A stretch of 63,650 bases of DNA, the filler included, from Atractiella rhizophila (taxonomy: Eukaryota): the NCBI GenBank assembly GCA_021432655.1. It is 5 parts of 4 records of this genome, joined end to end, with 100 filler letters (N's around TTAATTAATTAA, not from the genome) between each part and the next. Parts side by side here need not be neighbours in the genome. Positions count along the whole stretch, not along the records: positions 1 to 29,097 come from MU271241.1; 4 more parts are not named here. The stretch is one strand, 5' to 3'. The position numbers and the translations under genes were made by a program. Positions 13,698 to 27,303 of the stretch are shown here, piece by piece. Under the pieces are notes generated by a model, which saw only the letters and a program-made list of their open reading frames with translations, was not told the origin of the DNA and made no database searches. Position 1 is the first letter of the stretch; each line of letters begins with the position of its first letter.

Positions 13698-16082
13698 TCA
13701 AAGTTCGTCGTAAGTAAGATACCTCTCCTCCTCTTCTTCCTCGTCTTGGTAGTCCGACATCCGCCTCGCCGTCTTTTCCGCCTTTTCCTTCTCCTCATTT
13801 TCTCTAGCCAGGGATAGATGCAACATCGATCCAAAAGAGGAAGTCCTGAACGAATCCGAGTACTTCAATAGAGGACTGGTGATTGGACTCAAGATCGGAC
13901 TAGCAATATTGGAAATCGCATCATAAACCGAACCGGAGAAAGAGGGGGTGGGAGAGGTAGTCAAAATCGGAGTTGAGGATTCAGGACAAGGACCTGGACG
14001 AGGAAGACGAGATTGTGGCATTACCGGCGGAGAGCCCAGGGGTTTCGCCTCCCTGAGCACTTTAGAGTTACATCGTGGCCTTCCATCTCCTGCAAGGGCG
14101 ATCGAATTCCTCCTGGATCTCGACTTTAGCATCGCCATCTTGTCTTGTTCCTTCTTCTGCTCCTTCATCGCCATCGAAAGAGAATAACAAGAAGGTGACA
14201 TTGGGGGACTGAAAGGAGTTGATGGAGTAGTCCGTCCCGAGGCTGAAGTCGCAGGAGTGATTGGTCTCGCTTCCATGCCAATCCTGCTACCGTTAGGATC
14301 GAAGACGGCATAATCCGTCGCAGTCCTCCTAAACGCTGTCGACTTAGATGATGGAGTTTCTCTAGCGCGAGAAGTAGAGGATTCCGTGCTTGCCCTCGTC
14401 AAGGTGAGAGGCGGAGGAGGTCGCTGTTTGCTCTCGTCCAATCCGCCGAACCTATGACGAGTGAACGATCCCGCTGAGCTTCTGGACGCGACGGAGGACA
14501 TGGACGTGTTGGATCTAACCATCGATGCGGCCTGCGAAGCTGATGTCGGAAGAGCGCGCAGGGTTTCTGAGTGCGTCATCCCAATTTCTGAGTCGCTCTC
14601 ATCGTCCATATTCCCGTCCCCGTTTCCGAGAGGAGAAAGTGGGCGAAGGTGCTGATGTACAGCGCGTACTGTGTCGGAACGTCCAATCCTATTCTTGCCC
14701 TCGTTATAACCCGGACCAAGAGGGGATAGAGGACGCGAGCTCGCTCCGAGGGAATGAGAGTGACGATGACCAAACTGACTTCCATGGAGGTATGGAGATG
14801 AGTGGGGTCTTGGAGAGTTCCCTCGATAGGTAGAAGGGGTAGGTTCGACATCGACTGCCTTCCTGTAGTGGGAAGCGGAGACGCCCACACCATTGCTCCT
14901 TTCGCCTCCCTCTCTTCCTCCAAATCCACTCTCTTCTCCAAAGAAAGACCTGTAGAGCGACGTCGCCTGAGTCGTATGTGAGTAACCCATACTTTCCCTC
15001 GGGAAGTGGTACTCTTGACTGTGATGATCATCATCCCTTTTCGCTCTTCTGAGGGCCTTCGCGCGCTCGATCTCTATCTCGAGTTCCGACTTTTGGACTT
15101 CGGTCGACGGGAAAGGGATAGTGCTCCTATTTGGCTTGGGACGCAGCGAGCTGATCGTATTTGGGTTTGAGTTTGGGAGCGATGTGTTCTTGGGCTGCGT
15201 TAGTGTGGAAACAGAGGCTCCATTGAGTCGGTGACCCCGTTCGCGATCCGGCAAGGAAAGGAAGGGTACGAGGGGAGAAGCTGAATCCATCTGAGAAGAA
15301 GAATTGGGAGAAGAAAGCGTCGATGCTCTCTTTTCCGACATGAGATCTCTCTTCGTCTCTTCCTTCGCCCTTTCCTTCTCCTTCAGTTTCCACGTAGACA
15401 GCAGCTCCCTTCGCCTGCCATCATCATCCCAAGCCACTTGCTGCTGCTCTTCGATCTCTGTCCTTCCGCCTTCCGAACCGAACGAACCGAGCGCGAGATG
15501 AAGGGAAGACTTCGTCAAGCTGGTCAAATTGGAGAGCGGCATCCACTTCTCCATCCTTGGTACTTTCGCCTTCCCTTCCTGACACCTCGTTCCGTCCTTC
15601 GCTCCCTTCCGAAATATTTCAAACTCTTCTGCACCTGCAAAGGACGACACCCGACATTCCCTCCCCTTCCCTTCGCCGATGCTCCCAACGAAAGGGTAGT
15701 CAGATCCCAGTTCCAGTGCCACCGCTGGTGCGGATATAGAGGTATCAGAAGCATGAGAGCTTGAGTGGGACTTGGGGGACGAGAAGTCAGACATGAGCGA
15801 AGAATCCATTTCGGAGCTCGGAGCTCTGGAAGAGAGCCTGGAGGAGGACGAAGTCGAAGGACGAGAAGCGGCGTGATGGAACGTTCTGATGAGGGTGGGA
15901 GAAAGCGCTCGATGTGCCGTGGCAGCGCGCGGCCAATGGTTCCTGGTCGACGCGGACGAAGTGGAGGTCTTCGGCGTCGTGTATGGTCCCGGGAGAGAGT
16001 GGGATCGTGAGCGAGCGTCTAATTGGGTGTCGTTGGTCATGCTGGTCTGAATATTATCTGAAGACTCGTAATTCAAGTTCAT
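13698..16082 (-). CDS. Hypothetical Ser/Pro-rich, probably disordered protein (794 aa, intronless)
   Basis: Uninterrupted 2.4-kb ORF with low-complexity composition and no recognised domain. Confidence 0.75.
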   Translation of the reverse strand: MNLNYESSDNIQTSMTNDTQLDARSRSHSLPGPYTTPKTSTSSASTRNHWPRAATAHRALSPTLIRTFHHAASRPSTSSSSRLSSRAPSSEMDSSLMSDFSSPKSHSSSHASDTSISAPAVALELGSDYPFVGSIGEGKGRECRVSSFAGAEEFEIFRKGAKDGTRCQEGKAKVPRMEKWMPLSNLTSLTKSSLHLALGSFGSEGGRTEIEEQQQVAWDDDGRRRELLSTWKLKEKERAKEETKRDLMSEKRASTLSSPNSSSQMDSASPLVPFLSLPDRERGHRLNGASVSTLTQPKNTSLPNSNPNTISSLRPKPNRSTIPFPSTEVQKSELEIEIERAKALRRAKRDDDHHSQEYHFPRESMGYSHTTQATSLYRSFFGEESGFGGREGGERSNGVGVSASHYRKAVDVEPTPSTYRGNSPRPHSSPYLHGSQFGHRHSHSLGASSRPLSPLGPGYNEGKNRIGRSDTVRAVHQHLRPLSPLGNGDGNMDDESDSEIGMTHSETLRALPTSASQAASMVRSNTSMSSVASRSSAGSFTRHRFGGLDESKQRPPPPLTLTRASTESSTSRARETPSSKSTAFRRTATDYAVFDPNGSRIGMEARPITPATSASGRTTPSTPFSPPMSPSCYSLSMAMKEQKKEQDKMAMLKSRSRRNSIALAGDGRPRCNSKVLREAKPLGSPPVMPQSRLPRPGPCPESSTPILTTSPTPSFSGSVYDAISNIASPILSPITSPLLKYSDSFRTSSFGSMLHLSLARENEEKEKAEKTARRMSDYQDEEEEEERYLTYDEL

Positions 16083-17090
16083 TAGTCGTTAGGTGTTCGT
16101 CAGTAGGGATTATATCCTGTCCATCAAGTTGTATCAGCGCGTTATTCCATCCCGTATAAAGTGTTAAAGGAAGAAAGGAAAAGTGAGGAAAGTGGTGGGA
16201 CGAGAGGGAAAGCTGGAAAGAGAACCAGAGGAGAATTTTGGGAGTTGTCTCAGGTGTTGTGACTTGAAGGAGGATGAGAGCGGAAGGTGGCTTACCAAGA
16301 GAAAAGATACAGAGCTACTTAGGTACCATGGCGAGACAAGAAAAAGAAAGAAAGTGGCGAGATGAGCAAGACAGACGGAGGGTAATATATATGCCACGAG
16401 AAAGTCTAAAGGGAGCAAACATCAGAGCGAATAGCATCATAAAGGGGCACACACTTCCTGGGAAGGAATTTAAGTTCATGGATGTTTAACGTGTTGTTGC
16501 CCGCCACTTTGCAGCGTGACTTGAATAAATAACGTGACTCGCGATCCAGTTCAGTGGGCGTGAGAAAGAATATGAATAGGTGTTGCTCCAGATGCTGCTC
16601 CACTTGCTCCCAGCACTCCAGATGCAGGCTGAACGTAACCACATTTTAATCAAGAGCAAAATTACGAATCCATCGTATCTCGCCCTCCGCCATGTGATCA
16701 TGTGACCATTCAATTAGATCAATCAGCAGGCTGATCGTCACCCAGTAAATCCCTCAAGTCGCGAGTGTGAGGTGAGGCTGAGCGAAGGCTGAGCATGAAA
16801 GTACGAGTATTGGGATACTGGGATCACAGATGGCAAAACGGTAATTCGATCCAGAACTCTGGTTGAATCAGGAACGACGTCACCGAAAAAGGAAAACCAG
16901 AATTGGTTCCATCCCTCTTTTCGTCACCTGTTTTTTCACTCTCTCCTACATAAACACTCGCTCCCTCCCTCTCTCCCACTCTGTCCATAACTCTCCCGCT
17001 AATCAGCAACAAGGACCACTTCCAACAATCACGACAGATTCACGAATAACGCGCACACCAACAACAAACCAACAAGCACGATAGGACAAC

Positions 17091-20000
17091 ATGTCCACCG
17101 TAACCCAAGACGAAGCAGTCTCTAAATCCACTCAGACCTTCACCACCGCCCTCATCCTCAATTCAGCGATAGCGTTGGCCGAACTATGCGTCTTCCTCGT
17201 TATCAGGAACAAGTTCAACAAGATCTACCAGCCACGCAGTTTTCTGCCCTTACCTCAGTAAGCCTCTTCCCTTTCCGTTGTTGAGAATGGGGCTCGCGGT
17301 TCCTCTCTGCAGTTCGCCATTAGAAATTGGCTTGATTTCTCGTTCCCTTTTGTTGATACGATGTGGTGGTGGTGCAGGAAGAGGACGTCACCTATCCCTA
17401 ATGGGCTCCTCAATTTCTTCCCAAGTCTTTATAGAACCCCTTCGCGGCTAATCATCGAGAAGAATGGGTTGGACGCCTATATGTTTGTCCGTTACCTCTT
17501 TGTCATGGGAATCAAAATCTTGTAAGTCTCTCTAATCATCCCAGGCTATTCTCTTTGTTGACACGCAATAGCTTTCCCATCTGGTCAATTTCCTGGGCTG
17601 TTCTTTTGCCTGTTGACTCAGTAAATTCGGGAGGAAACGGTATGTGATTCCCCTTCCTTTCTTCTTCCAACTGCTGATAAAGGAATGGGAAAAAAGGGAA
17701 GGGTCTCGACCTTTTCACGTTCGGAAACATCGGCCTGTCTTCGTCTCAACAGACACGATATGCCGCCCACTTGGTTCTCGCGTGGGTATTCACGATCTAC
17801 ATCTTCTACGTGCTTCGGGTCGAGCTATCCCACTACCTTGTCAAGAGACAACAATTTCTTATCTCCCCATCCCACGTCGCCTTACCCCAGTCCAGGACTG
17901 TGCTCGTCCAAGGAGTGCCTCCTAGCTTTTTGCGGAGGAGCAAGATCCTCAAATTGTGCGACAGCCTGCCCGGAGGGGTGGAGCGCGTGTGGTGGGTGAG
18001 GGATTTGGGGGCAGAGAAGGAGGGGACGGTGGAGAGTCAGTATCTGAAGAATGGGAAGGAGAGGAAGAAGACCTCAATGCAGGACGACTTTGATCAGAGG
18101 TCGAAATTGCTCAATAAGCTCGAAGGTGCAGAAACTAAACTCTTGAAGATGGCGACAAAGGTGGCGAAGAAACAACCACAGGGATCTGCCGCTCCTCCTG
18201 ATGTCGAGAAAGGTGAACCGAGGTCGTTGCAGTGGGTTCCAGCGAAGAAGAGGCCCACCATGAAGCTTGGATTCTTGGGACTCTTTGGGGAGAAGGTGGA
18301 CAAAATTCAATATTGTAGGGAGGAGATCGCAAGGTTGAATAAGGAATTGGAATATAAGAGGGAACGTTTGGATGCAAAAGTGGTCGGAGGCGATAAGTGG
18401 GAGTATCCCCGTCAGGGCGGCGTCTTCATCTTGTTCAGAGACCAGGCTGCCGCTCATATATTCGCTCAGTATGCCCTTCTCCTTCCCCTTCAGTTCAGAA
18501 GTGCTAATAACGGGTGCTTAGATGCGTTCTGCACCCCACTCCGTTACATATGACTAACAAGTTCATCAACGTCGCTCCTCAGGATGTCATTTGGCCCAAC
18601 CTCTCTATAAACCCCTACCAGCAGAAAGTTCGCGCAGCGATCTCTTGGGCGTTGACACTCGGATTGATTATCTTCTGGGCCTTCCCAGTAGCTTTTGTTG
18701 GTTTGATCTCCAACGTTTCCTACCTCTGCCTCAAGGCTAGCTGGCTCCGATGGTTGTGCACTCTTCCTGTCCCCATCGTAAGTTGACTGTTTACTGTCAG
18801 TATCCGTTTTCTGAACCTGTCTCGGTGATGGATAGAACGGTATCATCCAAGGTGTCCTGCCCCCCGTCGCGCTCGCCATCCTCTTCATGTTGCTGCCTAT
18901 CGTCCTTCGTCTGTTTGCCAAGTTCGAAGGAATCCCGCTGCAATCTCTTGTCGAGCTCTCGCTCATGAAACGGTACTTCATCTTCCTCGTCCTTCACGGT
19001 TTCCTCGTCGTCACCCTCTCCTCGGGCCTGGTCGCCGCCTTACCTCAGATCGCTAATAACCCGGCCTCGACTGTCAACATCCTGGCGGAGAACTTGCCCA
19101 AGGCTTCAACCTTCTTCCTCACTTACATAGTCACAACTGGTTTCGCCGGTGCTGCAGGTGCCCTGTTGCAGATCTCGACTCTCGTCGTTTACTATGTCAA
19201 GCTCTTTATTCTTGGAAGCACGCCTAGGAGCGTATACGGCATCAAGTTCACCATGTCCAGCGTCCAGTGGGGGACTCTCTTCCCGAATATGTCATTGTTG
19301 GCCGTCATCGGGATCAGTTATATGATTATCTCTCCCATCATTAACGGACTGGCTTGCGTCGCTTTCATCATCTTCTACGCGACTTACAAGTACCTCTTTC
19401 TCTGGTATGCCCATCTCCATTCAATTTTGAAGTAGAGGATTTGATGAGAAATGATCACAGGGTATACGACATGCCACCGTCGTCAGAGACCGGCGGGCTC
19501 TTTTTCCCCCTTGCTGTGCAGCACATCTTCGTCGGTCTCTACATCCAGGAAGTCTGTCTCTGTGGTCTCTTCTTCCTCGCACGCGATGCGGATAAGAAGG
19601 TATCCGCTATCGGAGAAGGTATCTGTATGGTCATCCTCATTGTTGTCACCGTGTTCTATCACTACATTCTGATGAGTGGTTTCTCTGTATGTTTTCCTTC
19701 ACATTTTGATTTGGGAAGAGATGTTGATCAATATGGATAGCCCCTCTTCGAATATCTCCCGCTTGCAATGACGGGGGACATGGCGAATGCGAAGAAAATC
19801 TTGGAGGAACAAGAGCGAGACCAAGAGCGAGAGAAAGAAGGGAATGGCTTTGCAAACGGCAATTCTGCTACTGGACGGACAACTGCGACGGAAGGCAATT
19901 ATCCTAGGGGTGCCTCAGTGGAGAAGGAACGGATCTTAGATGACCCTCAGTACCCACCGGGCTCCTCGAACTCCCCTAATCATCCGACTAGCAAGCTAGC

Positions 20001-20295
20001 CGTTGCTCAATTGGAAGGCGAACAGCCGAACGCTTTTGATCATCCCGCTTCTTATGAGAAGCAGAGGATCGTGTGGGTCCCCAAGGATCCGTTGGGACTG
20101 AGCGCGGAAGAGGTGAGGGATAACCAAGAGGCTGGGTTCGTCTTTCTCGTTATCCTTTGCATGCATGAGTGAAGCTGATGTTTTATGATGGAATGTAGTG
20201 TCGATGCTAGTGATGAAGGGACTAGCATGAACCCAAAGGGCAGAGTGGATATTTCGAGGTCACCACCTGGGGAGCCATGGGAGGATAACAAGTAA
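17091..20295 (+). CDS. CSC1/OSCA/TMEM63 (DUF221, Rsn1/Phm7-like) mechanosensitive cation channel
   Basis: IYQPRSF, KNGLDAYMFVRYL, SRTVLVQGVP, KVDKIQYCREEI, APQDVIWPNL, LAENLPKASTFFLTYI, YKYLFLWVY..ETGGLFFP and AFDHP motifs; many TM segments. Confidence 0.93.
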
Positions 20296-20629
20296 GGAAC
20301 AAATTATTCACGATAAAGCTGTGTAAATGGCTCTTTCGGATCTTGTTCTTGTTCGGACTTCATTGTTCGATCCGAAAGTAACTCTTTGATTGTCCACTTT
20401 TCACTTTCACCTCGTGTAAAAAGATTTGGTTTGAACATTTTGGTTGTGAAACGATGAGCTTGATATTTCAGTTGTTAGTAGTCCGATGGGTTGAGGATGC
20501 AAAACAAAGGTTGGACTATGTGCACTCTTCTTATGACCCATGCTCATCTATCATCTCTCCCTCGACTAAGCATGCTTCATAATCACATATATTGCCAGTT
20601 ATCCTATTCCAACACCACCACAATCGAAT

Positions 20630-21180
20630 TCAGCTTTGTGCTAGACGATATTCGTCTTCAACCCAATGTTCATATTGACTTGATGTCTTGAATAACTCAA
20701 TACGCAGCGTTAGTCCTGCGCTGTGCATCCACTGGGCACCAATTTCTCTAAATGGTGAAAGTTCCCTAAGCTGTCCTCCAACAAGGCGCAAAACTTCCCT
20801 CAAAGCCTCCCAAAAAAATTCCACTTTGTGTCATGCATGTCTTGCGGCCTGGAACTCCTCGCCAGCAAAGTTGTCACGACATAGGTTTCTTAGAGGGAAC
20901 AGCGTGGCCCTCCACATTACTCGATATTCTCTACTAACTTAGAAATCCACATTGGAAGAAGTATCAACGCTCAAAGCGAAAGCGCTAAAGTCAACTACAT
21001 AGCACAACAACCAACACATCTTGAAATCCTGGAGCCTGGGTACCGGGAAACAAATTTTCTTGACATTGATACATAGTTTCCGACCCTGTATCAGTGGGTC
21101 CCGACTTGGAGCGGTTGATTGAGGTCCCGGCTCCTGTTGGCTATCCAAGAACTCAGAAGAACTGTGGGGGACAGACATAA
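20630..21180 (-). pseudogene. Highly decayed relic of the F-box/LRR-like family seen at 34723-36390
   Basis: FFWEALREVLRLVGGQLREL matches IIWDALKEVLEIVGEQLLEL of the 34.7-36.4 kb protein. The flanking frames are broken by stops. Confidence 0.4.
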
Positions 21181-21239
21181 TAACAGCACGAAAACCATAA
21201 AATGGCACCCTTCTTGCCACGTTAGAAATTCCTCAATCA

Positions 21240-21711
21240 ATGTCTCTCTCTGAAGCCCTCTGCCGACAAGGCCTAATCTTCTTGACCAGTGGTGTCGCAC
21301 TGGGACCAGCAGTCATCCTTGCGCCGATCCCACGTCTCGCTTTGAGCGCTCACCTCCACTGCTTACTCGAAGGAACGATGGTTCTCGCCCTGGGGAATTA
21401 TCTGTCTCCCACACGAGAGGCACGTTTGTCTCCGCAAGAAAAGCGCTTGATCTTTTGGGGCATCATCGCGACCTGGCCAGCCATCCTCACTGAGGTCGCG
21501 AACGGCTGGTGGGGAACGACGGGCACACTTCCCATCGCGGCTCGACAAGCTGGTATCTTTGCAAGGGCTGCCCTGTGGAAGGAGGCCATCGTCTATGTCA
21601 CTCATGCTGGTGACGCGGTGGGAGCCCTGATCTCTGTAAGACTCGAAAACACGAAAGAAGCAAGCTGACACATGGCAATAGCTTGGAATATTGTGTCGCA
21701 GATTGTTGTGA
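21240..21711 (+). CDS. Small membrane protein of the hydroxylaminobenzene mutase HabB / styrene-oxide isomerase StyC-like family
   Basis: About 4 TM segments; PRLALSAHLHCLLEGTMVLALG and GWWGTTGTLPIAA resemble recalled HabB motifs. One intron at 21636-21681, then the last exon LGILCRRLL*. Confidence 0.7.
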
Positions 21712-22772
21712 TGATGGAAAAAAATTCTGGTGGATGAAATCCATGCGATATCTACACGTAATTTTCAGGACGAGGGAAAGAATAATTCAATCGCCTTCCT
21801 TTCGAGTCGTAGATGACTCCTGCAGCTTGCCAGCATCCAGATCGAGGGTGCAGCCTCAAACGCATCCCATCAGACCCTAGCATTTAGCACATTCTAAGAT
21901 TGTTTACTAAGGAGCGTCGGTATAAACGGCGTCCTTTTGGCTATCTAACGCCACACCGACCCAGCAAAGAATCGTGGTGCTCCCTTTCCTTGCTGCCACA
22001 ATCGACGGCATGGAACTGTCAGCATATCAAAACAAGGAGAAGGTCCCCATCTTACCATTGCACTACTCTACACCACGGCGGAGCAAATTGTGCACTGGCG
22101 GCATGGAAGGAGTTGTGGCAGTGGGACACGTCCTAAATACCTGACGGCTAAAAGTCCACATGATATACAATGGAACATTGACACAAGATCAGTTTGAGCC
22201 AACTCTGAGGCCTTATCTGAGCACTTGCGCGCCTCGAGGATGTAGAATAAACGTCAAGACGCCACAAACGTGCTCATTCTACTGACTACTGAGTCAACTT
22301 CTAGTGGTCTATATTATCAGATATCACTTTGGGATTCAATATTGTTCAATTGGTCTTTAGCCTTATTAAGGAAGGACAGATTTACACATAAACATGAACG
22401 TTAGACCCAGCCACCAGGTAATATAGGAGCAGCCAGAAAATAGACAGAATCTACCTTTCGTCATGCGTGTACTGTCTACATTCAACTGGCTTTTGGTCCT
22501 TCAATTTATGTCCAATTCTGCCCACCATTGGGATGCAATCTGGTGAAACCTCGACGTTCATGTCTTCAGGTCTACAAGTTCTCTAGCTCATTTCGAACCC
22601 TACGTCGATATTGTTGGATTGTTGGAATGTTGTTTCTGGGAAGAAAATAGACTCGGAGTTGAGCAGCGTGGCGACCGGGCCGGTCGGGAGTTTGCTTGCG
22701 ATCTCACTTTCAGCTTGGAACAATCAGTTCTATCCTGCCAACGACTTGTTAACAACTCGCAAAGAATATAGC

Positions 22773-24423
<1,651 letters not shown>

Positions 24424-24806
24424 AGGTGGCGCACTGTCAAAAATAATGGTGTACAATCGGCAATCTGCATAAGCTTTCTTCGCAGCTGTTTCGTCGTTCT
24501 TGATCAGAATTTTCTTCTTCTTCATTGCTGGCAGTGTTCCTTTTTCGATTAGAGGATTGTTTGGTTATGTTAGTACAGGTAACGCTTGTTCTATGGGTAG
24601 GAGGATGTAGTACATGTCAAAGAGCAAGCAGTATGTTACACTATCTTTTTGTACTGCATATGTTAACGAACGAACGATTTCTTGCTTTTGTTGTCCGGAG
24701 CTAAGGTTCGGCGTAATTAGCCAGACATCCCGAAAAAAAATTGTCGAAGCTCTTCAAACCTGTTTAGAGACACATATCTTCCCCCTCTCTCAGAGTTTGT
24801 CGCGTT

Positions 24807-26919
24807 ATGACTTCCAAAAAGGTCTCTCGCCTTAGAAAGCAGCTGTCCTCAAGTTCCCAAGATCTCAATCCGCTTGCAGACCTCATTCAACACTTGCAAA
24901 CCTGCCCATTGCAGGACGACTACCTTGAAGGTGTGAAGATCGCCAAGGAGGAGCTTGAGAAAGCAATCAAGGATGGAAGATTGTCATTTGAGAAGGAGAA
25001 AAAGGGAGAGCAGAGCAAGGAGAAGGATCCAAAGAGGATAGTAGCTAAGTGGATAAGGGAAAGAGCGCAGGAGTACTTGAAGGTGTTGGAAAGAGGAATG
25101 CTGAGTGATGATGCGAACGCTCAGGTTCGTTCATTTCTATTGCATTGTGCACGAGGGTAGGAGGCTATATTGAAATGGACACTGTCGAATCGTCGAAGAG
25201 ACGTTCACTAACAACGTTCTTTCAAACTTTTATCGAGCGCCGTTGACACATTCTGTAGGAAGCAGCACTATCAGCACACCTCACACTTTTGCAAGTATCC
25301 TCTCGAACTACAGGGCGACCGTTTCCATCCGCCTTAGTGTCGCCGCTCATCCCCACCCTTCTTTCTTCCTCCACATCACTTCAATCCGCCTTCACATCGA
25401 ACTATCTCGACACCTATGACGACATACGTCATTTCTTCCTTTCTGAAGCGAGCAAATATACTGGGACGCTGCCTAACCCATCTTCGGAGTATACTTCTGT
25501 AATGCTACAATATCTTGAAGGAATCACGACCATGCCTGATGATTCATCGGAACTTAACGAATGGTGGGGTTTCGATCCAGCTACTTCCAAAAGGAAAGGA
25601 AAAGGAAAGAAGAGGGCATTGTCCAGGGAGGCAGACAAGGAGAGGAAAACGAAAAAACGCAAAGTGGAGGAACAGAACGTTGGTGCAACTGGGATTTTCG
25701 ATGATGAAGCAGCCGAGGAGATGCTATCAGACAGCGAGGAGGAGCCGAGCGAAGATACCATAGTGACGCAGGAAGAAAAAGAGGATGTACACCCACTACT
25801 GGAACTCTCGACTCATAGGAAGTCGTATACTCAATACTTCTATGCGCTGCTTGGGACTGGCTTGGATGAAGACCAAATGAAGAGACTTCTTGTCGTACTA
25901 CACTCGAGAGTTCTGCCAAATTTGACGCATGTGACGAGGTTGATGGATTGGCTTGCGGATTGCACGGATCGCGGCATGTCGTCTCATCAACCAGAAGAGC
26001 TTCACTCTAACGAAAACTCCAGGCGGTACTGTGGCCCTTCTCGCTTTGAACGCGCTTTATCTCGTCATGAGCAAGAATAACCTGTGTGTCTAATGCTTTT
26101 CAGTTTCTCCCACGCTGCTGAAGCCTGAAGGCAGTGATTATCCCAACTTCTTCCCTCGTGTCTACGCGCTGTTAGATCGAAAGATGTTGCATTCTCGCTA
26201 CAGAACACGTTTTCTCAACTTGCTGGATCTCTTTCTAACATCTTCGTCAGTCTTCTCATTTATTGAAGAATCGGACTAAAGTGGATGACAGCCATCTCAC
26301 CTCTAGTCTAGTGGCAGCGTTTATTAAACGCCTGTCCCGACTAAGTCTCAATGCTCCAACTGGAGCAATCGTGCTTATACTCCCCTTTGTTTACAATCTT
26401 CTAAAGCGGCATCCGAAATGTGAACAACTAATTCATCGAGTTGAAGGAATGGATGGATTTGACAAAGGTAAGAGTTTCTCGTTTCTGATCATCATATCAC
26501 TGAGGTGTGAAAGATAGATCCCTTCGACATGTCAGAGCCCGATCCATTAAATAGTCACGCCCTTGAATCCTCCATTTGGGAACTAGTCTCGATGAAGAAA
26601 CATTTCTGGAGCTCGATAGCTAGTTTGAGCAAGATGTTTGAGGAGAAGCTCACGAAACCCAACTATGAGCTCGAAGATTTTGCAGACCATAGCTATGCCT
26701 CAGTATGTCCACTACCATTGCATCCGTGAGCCAGTCACTCACAATCTATCAAAGATGTTTGCGGTTGAAGTCAATCGCCCAATCAAGAAACCTCCTGCTT
26801 TGTCAAATCTGACGATGCCAGGTGAGGCAGTTGACGAAAAGTCATTTTTCGCTATCGATGGATATGACAGCAAGGCATCACAATCGATGGACGCTATCAC
26901 AGACCTATGGTCATTCTGA
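24807..26919 (+). CDS. NOC4: Nucleolar complex protein 4 (CBF/Mak21 domain)
   Basis: YLDTYDDIRHFFL, LMDWLADC..GGTVALLALNAL, DYPNFFPRVYALLD, LVAAFIKRLSRLSLNAP, ALESSIWEL, YELEDFADHSY and a C-terminal LWSF. Confidence 0.92.
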
Positions 26920-27303
26920 GTGAATATTGGAGGGAGGAAATATACTGGAGATGGAATTGCATATACCGTTTGCTATGAGCTGCGAAACATCTACTTGTCC
27001 ATAGCGTAAGGCGAAATCGAGACATGAAAAAACACCGCAATTGTGCACATAGAGACTTAGTATGCCATTAAGTGAGGAAATCAGACAACCAACGGAAAAT
27101 GAAAAGAGTTGGTACAGATAAGATGTGCAGAAGGATCTGGGTGGGAAAAGAAAGAGGTAAAAGAGATCTGTTGTGACCTCAACCAAAAAGGCCAGTGGTT
27201 CCCGAGATGACAGAAAAACGAAATGATTACCTGCAGACGGATTCGGAAACGTGAACCAAGAAGGGTATACACTATTGGACTGCAGCACAGCGATGAAGAG
27301 GAT

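Noticed and set aside
13948..16159. Numerous antisense ORFs opposite long genes (also opposite the patatin, F-box, KEX2 and PP2C genes)
   Set aside because: Expected shadow ORFs of coding sequence with no independent protein features.
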